The notes under the pieces were generated by a model. The model was not told where the DNA came from. It saw only the letters and a program-made list of their open reading frames with translations, and searched no databases. The translations under genes and the position numbers were made by a program. This document shows positions 61,439 to 64,000 of a DNA stretch of 64,000 nt, one piece after another. The stretch's first letter is position 1; each line of letters begins with the position of its first letter. The stretch is from NCBI GenBank assembly GCA_965215195.1, contig CBDCDC010000001.1:1056001-1120000 (forward strand), in the 5' to 3' direction. Source of the DNA: Candidatus Latescibacterota bacterium. GTDB lineage: Bacteria > Latescibacterota > UBA2968 > UBA8231.

Positions 61439-62224
61439 ATGACTCCCGAACAAGCCCTAGAAAAACGCCAACAGTTATTGCGCGACGGATTCTGCGTCGT
61501 CGATAACATTCTGCGCGACGAATTCTTGCGGGAATTGCGCGACGAGACCGAGCGCATGATGGAGGACTGGGTGCCGCCGCCCGACTTCAAGTACCAGGGC
61601 CAACACGTCACCGCACGCGGGGAAGACAATCCGACGATTCAGAAGCTGCTCGACTGGCCCCCCACGCGCCGCGCCCTCGAACAAATGGGCCTAGGCGACT
61701 TTGCCAGCACGGGCGGCATCATCCTCCTGACCAAAGACCCGGGCGAGCCGGCCCTATACTGGCACCAAGACTGGATGCAGTGGAACGATCCCTTGAGCTG
61801 TTCGCCGTGGCCGCAGATCATTTTCGTGTCCTACTATTTGAGCGATACCGCGCCGGAAAACGGCTGCCTCAAAGTCATCCCCGGCACCCACCACAAGCGC
61901 ATCCCCTTGCACGACGAAATGGTGCCGGCCCACGAGCAAGGGGCGCGTTTCATAGAAGAAGACCACCCGACCATGTTTAGCGATCACCCCGACCAAGTCG
62001 ATGTCTGCGTCAAGGCTGGCGATTTGGTGCTGGCCGACGCCCGCGTGCTGCACTCGGCGTATCGCAACCAGACCGACCAGCGGCGCACGTTGGTGTTGGC
62101 TTGGCACCGGCGTCCGCAGACCGTTCCCGCCTATTGGACCGACGAAGTGCCGGCCATCATCGCCGAGCGCGATCCGCAAAAGGAATACCCTGGCTCGCGC
62201 ATCCCCGGCGAACTTCTGCAATAA
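61439..62224 (+). CDS. PhyH family dioxygenase
   Basis: WHQD, ENGCLKVIPGTH, LHSAY.N....RR. Confidence 0.9.
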   Translation: MTPEQALEKRQQLLRDGFCVVDNILRDEFLRELRDETERMMEDWVPPPDFKYQGQHVTARGEDNPTIQKLLDWPPTRRALEQMGLGDFASTGGIILLTKDPGEPALYWHQDWMQWNDPLSCSPWPQIIFVSYYLSDTAPENGCLKVIPGTHHKRIPLHDEMVPAHEQGARFIEEDHPTMFSDHPDQVDVCVKAGDLVLADARVLHSAYRNQTDQRRTLVLAWHRRPQTVPAYWTDEVPAIIAERDPQKEYPGSRIPGELLQ

Positions 62225-62245
62225 GTAAAAGTTGACGTACAAACT

Positions 62246-62950
62246 GTGGTTGACAGATCAATTTTGAGCGAACAAGTCGCCTATTACCGGGCGCGCGCTG
62301 CCGAGTATGACGAGTGGCATTTGCGCCAAGGGCGATACGACCGGGGCGACGAGCACAACCTCCAATGGAGTGCGGAGTTGGATATTTTGCGCTCGGCACT
62401 TGAGCGGGAGAGGCCATTCGGCAAATGTCTCGAGCTTGCTTGCGGCACGGGATTGTGGACAGCCCATCTGGCGCAAGGTGCCACTGACCTGACGGCCTTA
62501 GATGCCTCTTGCGAGACGCTTGAGATCAATCGCACCAAGACTGGAAATGCTGCGGTGCGGTATGTGGTGGCGGATCTGTTCGAGTGGCGACCAGCCGAAA
62601 CGTATGATTTTGTCTTTTTTGGTTTCTGGCTGTCGCACGTTCCAATGCAGCAATTCAATCGGTTCTGGGAGGTGATTCGCGCCGCCCTAAAGCCGGGAGG
62701 TAGAGCTTTCTTTGTCGATGGTCTGGCAACGCAAGAGTCAGCCGCACGGGATCAAGCTGCAATCGACGATTCCGGCGTAGTGGAAAGGAAGCTGAACGAT
62801 GGTCGGACATTTAACATCGTAAAAGTATTTCACGATCCGGCGCAGTTGGAACGGCAATTGCGCGATCTTGGCTGGAGCGGTTCAGTTGAAACAACCGGAC
62901 GATTCTTTTACTACGGTTGCATGGTGGCGGAAGAAATACAAGATCGATGA
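62246..62950 (+). CDS. Class I SAM-dependent methyltransferase
   Basis: YYRARAAEYD, LELACGTGLWT, FWLSHVP, LKPGG. Confidence 0.9.
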   Translation: MVDRSILSEQVAYYRARAAEYDEWHLRQGRYDRGDEHNLQWSAELDILRSALERERPFGKCLELACGTGLWTAHLAQGATDLTALDASCETLEINRTKTGNAAVRYVVADLFEWRPAETYDFVFFGFWLSHVPMQQFNRFWEVIRAALKPGGRAFFVDGLATQESAARDQAAIDDSGVVERKLNDGRTFNIVKVFHDPAQLERQLRDLGWSGSVETTGRFFYYGCMVAEEIQDR

Positions 62951-63738
62951 ATCGCTATTCTGTTGGATACGATGAACACACGGCCCGGTTCTTGGCGGAA
63001 CGCACAGCCGACACGCATGCTCGGTTCCTGCTGGATTACCTCGTGCCCGGGATGGACCTTTTGGACGCCGGATGTGGGCCTGGGACGATAACCGAAGGAC
63101 TCGCGGAGATTGTGGCACCTGGGCGCGTCTTAGGTGTGGACAGAGCGCAGAGCCAAATCGCGCTTGCCCAGCGCCTCACCGCTGGATCGCTTACAATCGA
63201 GTTTAGAACCGACGATCTTTGCAGCCTGACTGCTGATGACGAGTCATTCGACGTCGTCTTCGTTCACGGAGTCTTGGAGCACATCGCCGATCCAGAGAAA
63301 GCTATCTCTGAGATTCACCGGGTACTGAGGTCGGGAGGGCTGGTAGGCTCAAGACATACCGACTTAGGAGGATTCCTGCTGGAGCCTACGCCACTTGGGA
63401 AATTCCCACAGTTGTTCATCCAGCTAATGCAACGAAATGGCGGTGATCCATATTGCGGACGTCGCCAGCCGGGACTATTCCGCGAGGCAGGATTCGAGAT
63501 CCTCAAGGTTTCCGCTTCGTATGACTGTTGGACGGCGGATGCGGACTCCACGCGGAGAAACGCGCACTTTCTCTCGGAGTTGTGTGGCGACTCTGAATTC
63601 TCTGATCAGCTTGTGGAATACGGGCTAGCGGACAGACGAGTCTTGGACCAACTAAAGTCCTCATTCCTCATGTGGGGGGAGATGTCGGAGGCGTTTGCAG
63701 CAGAGGCGTGGGGCGAGATCGTCGCCAGAAAAGCGTGA
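62947..63738 (+). CDS. Class I SAM-dependent methyltransferase
   Basis: LLDAGCGPGTIT, FDVVF.H.VLEH, RVLRSGG; ATGA overlap. Confidence 0.9.
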   Translation: MNRYSVGYDEHTARFLAERTADTHARFLLDYLVPGMDLLDAGCGPGTITEGLAEIVAPGRVLGVDRAQSQIALAQRLTAGSLTIEFRTDDLCSLTADDESFDVVFVHGVLEHIADPEKAISEIHRVLRSGGLVGSRHTDLGGFLLEPTPLGKFPQLFIQLMQRNGGDPYCGRRQPGLFREAGFEILKVSASYDCWTADADSTRRNAHFLSELCGDSEFSDQLVEYGLADRRVLDQLKSSFLMWGEMSEAFAAEAWGEIVARKA

Positions 63739-63763
63739 GTTTGGATTCGTCGCCTCTCGCGTA

Positions 63764-64000
63764 CTATATCAGATTGCCTTCGACGTGGACGGGCCGGAAG
63801 AGCGTGCGGCGCTTGGGCGGCATGGCTTCGAGGGCTTGGGGGTGGGGCTGCCACTTGTGCCATTTGCTATCGACGTAATTGTAGCGGCTGAAGATGGCGC
63901 AGCGCTCGTGCTTGGTGCTGCCCCACGGGGAAGCAGTGTGAGTGGTGCTCTCGGCGAAAATGAGCAGGGAGCCGGCCGGACACGTGTATTGGGTCCAAAG
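63764..64000 (-). CDS. C-terminal part of a PhyH family dioxygenase (runs off the window; not in the ORF track)
   Basis: Translates LWTQYTCPAGSLLIFAESTTHTASPW...ERCAIFSRY...RRTLFRP; similar to 60574..61365. Confidence 0.8.
   Translation of the reverse strand, partial: LWTQYTCPAGSLLIFAESTTHTASPWGSTKHERCAIFSRYNYVDSKWHKWQPHPQALEAMPPKRRTLFRPVHVEGNLI

Overview
GC-rich bacterial chromosome segment, most likely from an FCB-group (Latescibacterota/Gemmatimonadota-like) host-associated organism such as a sponge symbiont. This is inferred from gene content only: five PhyH dioxygenases, three sulfatases, three Gfo/Idh/MocA oxidoreductases, FlgD-Ig-tailed secreted proteins and a eukaryote-like LRR lipoprotein. 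Housekeeping loci are tRNA-Val(TAC), ligA and cyoE/ctaB. Between the metabolic genes lie about seven lower-GC islets mixing intact TA/defence genes (hicB, vapBC, a zeta-like pair, an ABC-ATPase+TOPRIM pair, Fic) with short fused stubs of other TA/RM genes. Best-supported unannotated structures: (1) a 132-bp MITE family in three copies, with 11-bp TIRs, 9-bp target duplications and an internal REP-like hairpin; (2) one MITE copy interrupting the repetitive 5' end of a GT-C-like glycosyltransferase gene that also has a frame-shifting G15 tract; (3) a shared C-terminal TAVxxT(S/T)WGxxK tail on two unrelated exported proteins; (4) a phage-like remnant carrying an LRR cassette between 43-nt direct repeats; (5) a LamG domain split by a 7-repeat FDGRY propeller; (6) apparent CCWGG depletion. 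No CRISPR array, rRNA, integrase, transposase or reverse transcriptase was seen. All family calls come from motif recognition by eye, not from database searches.
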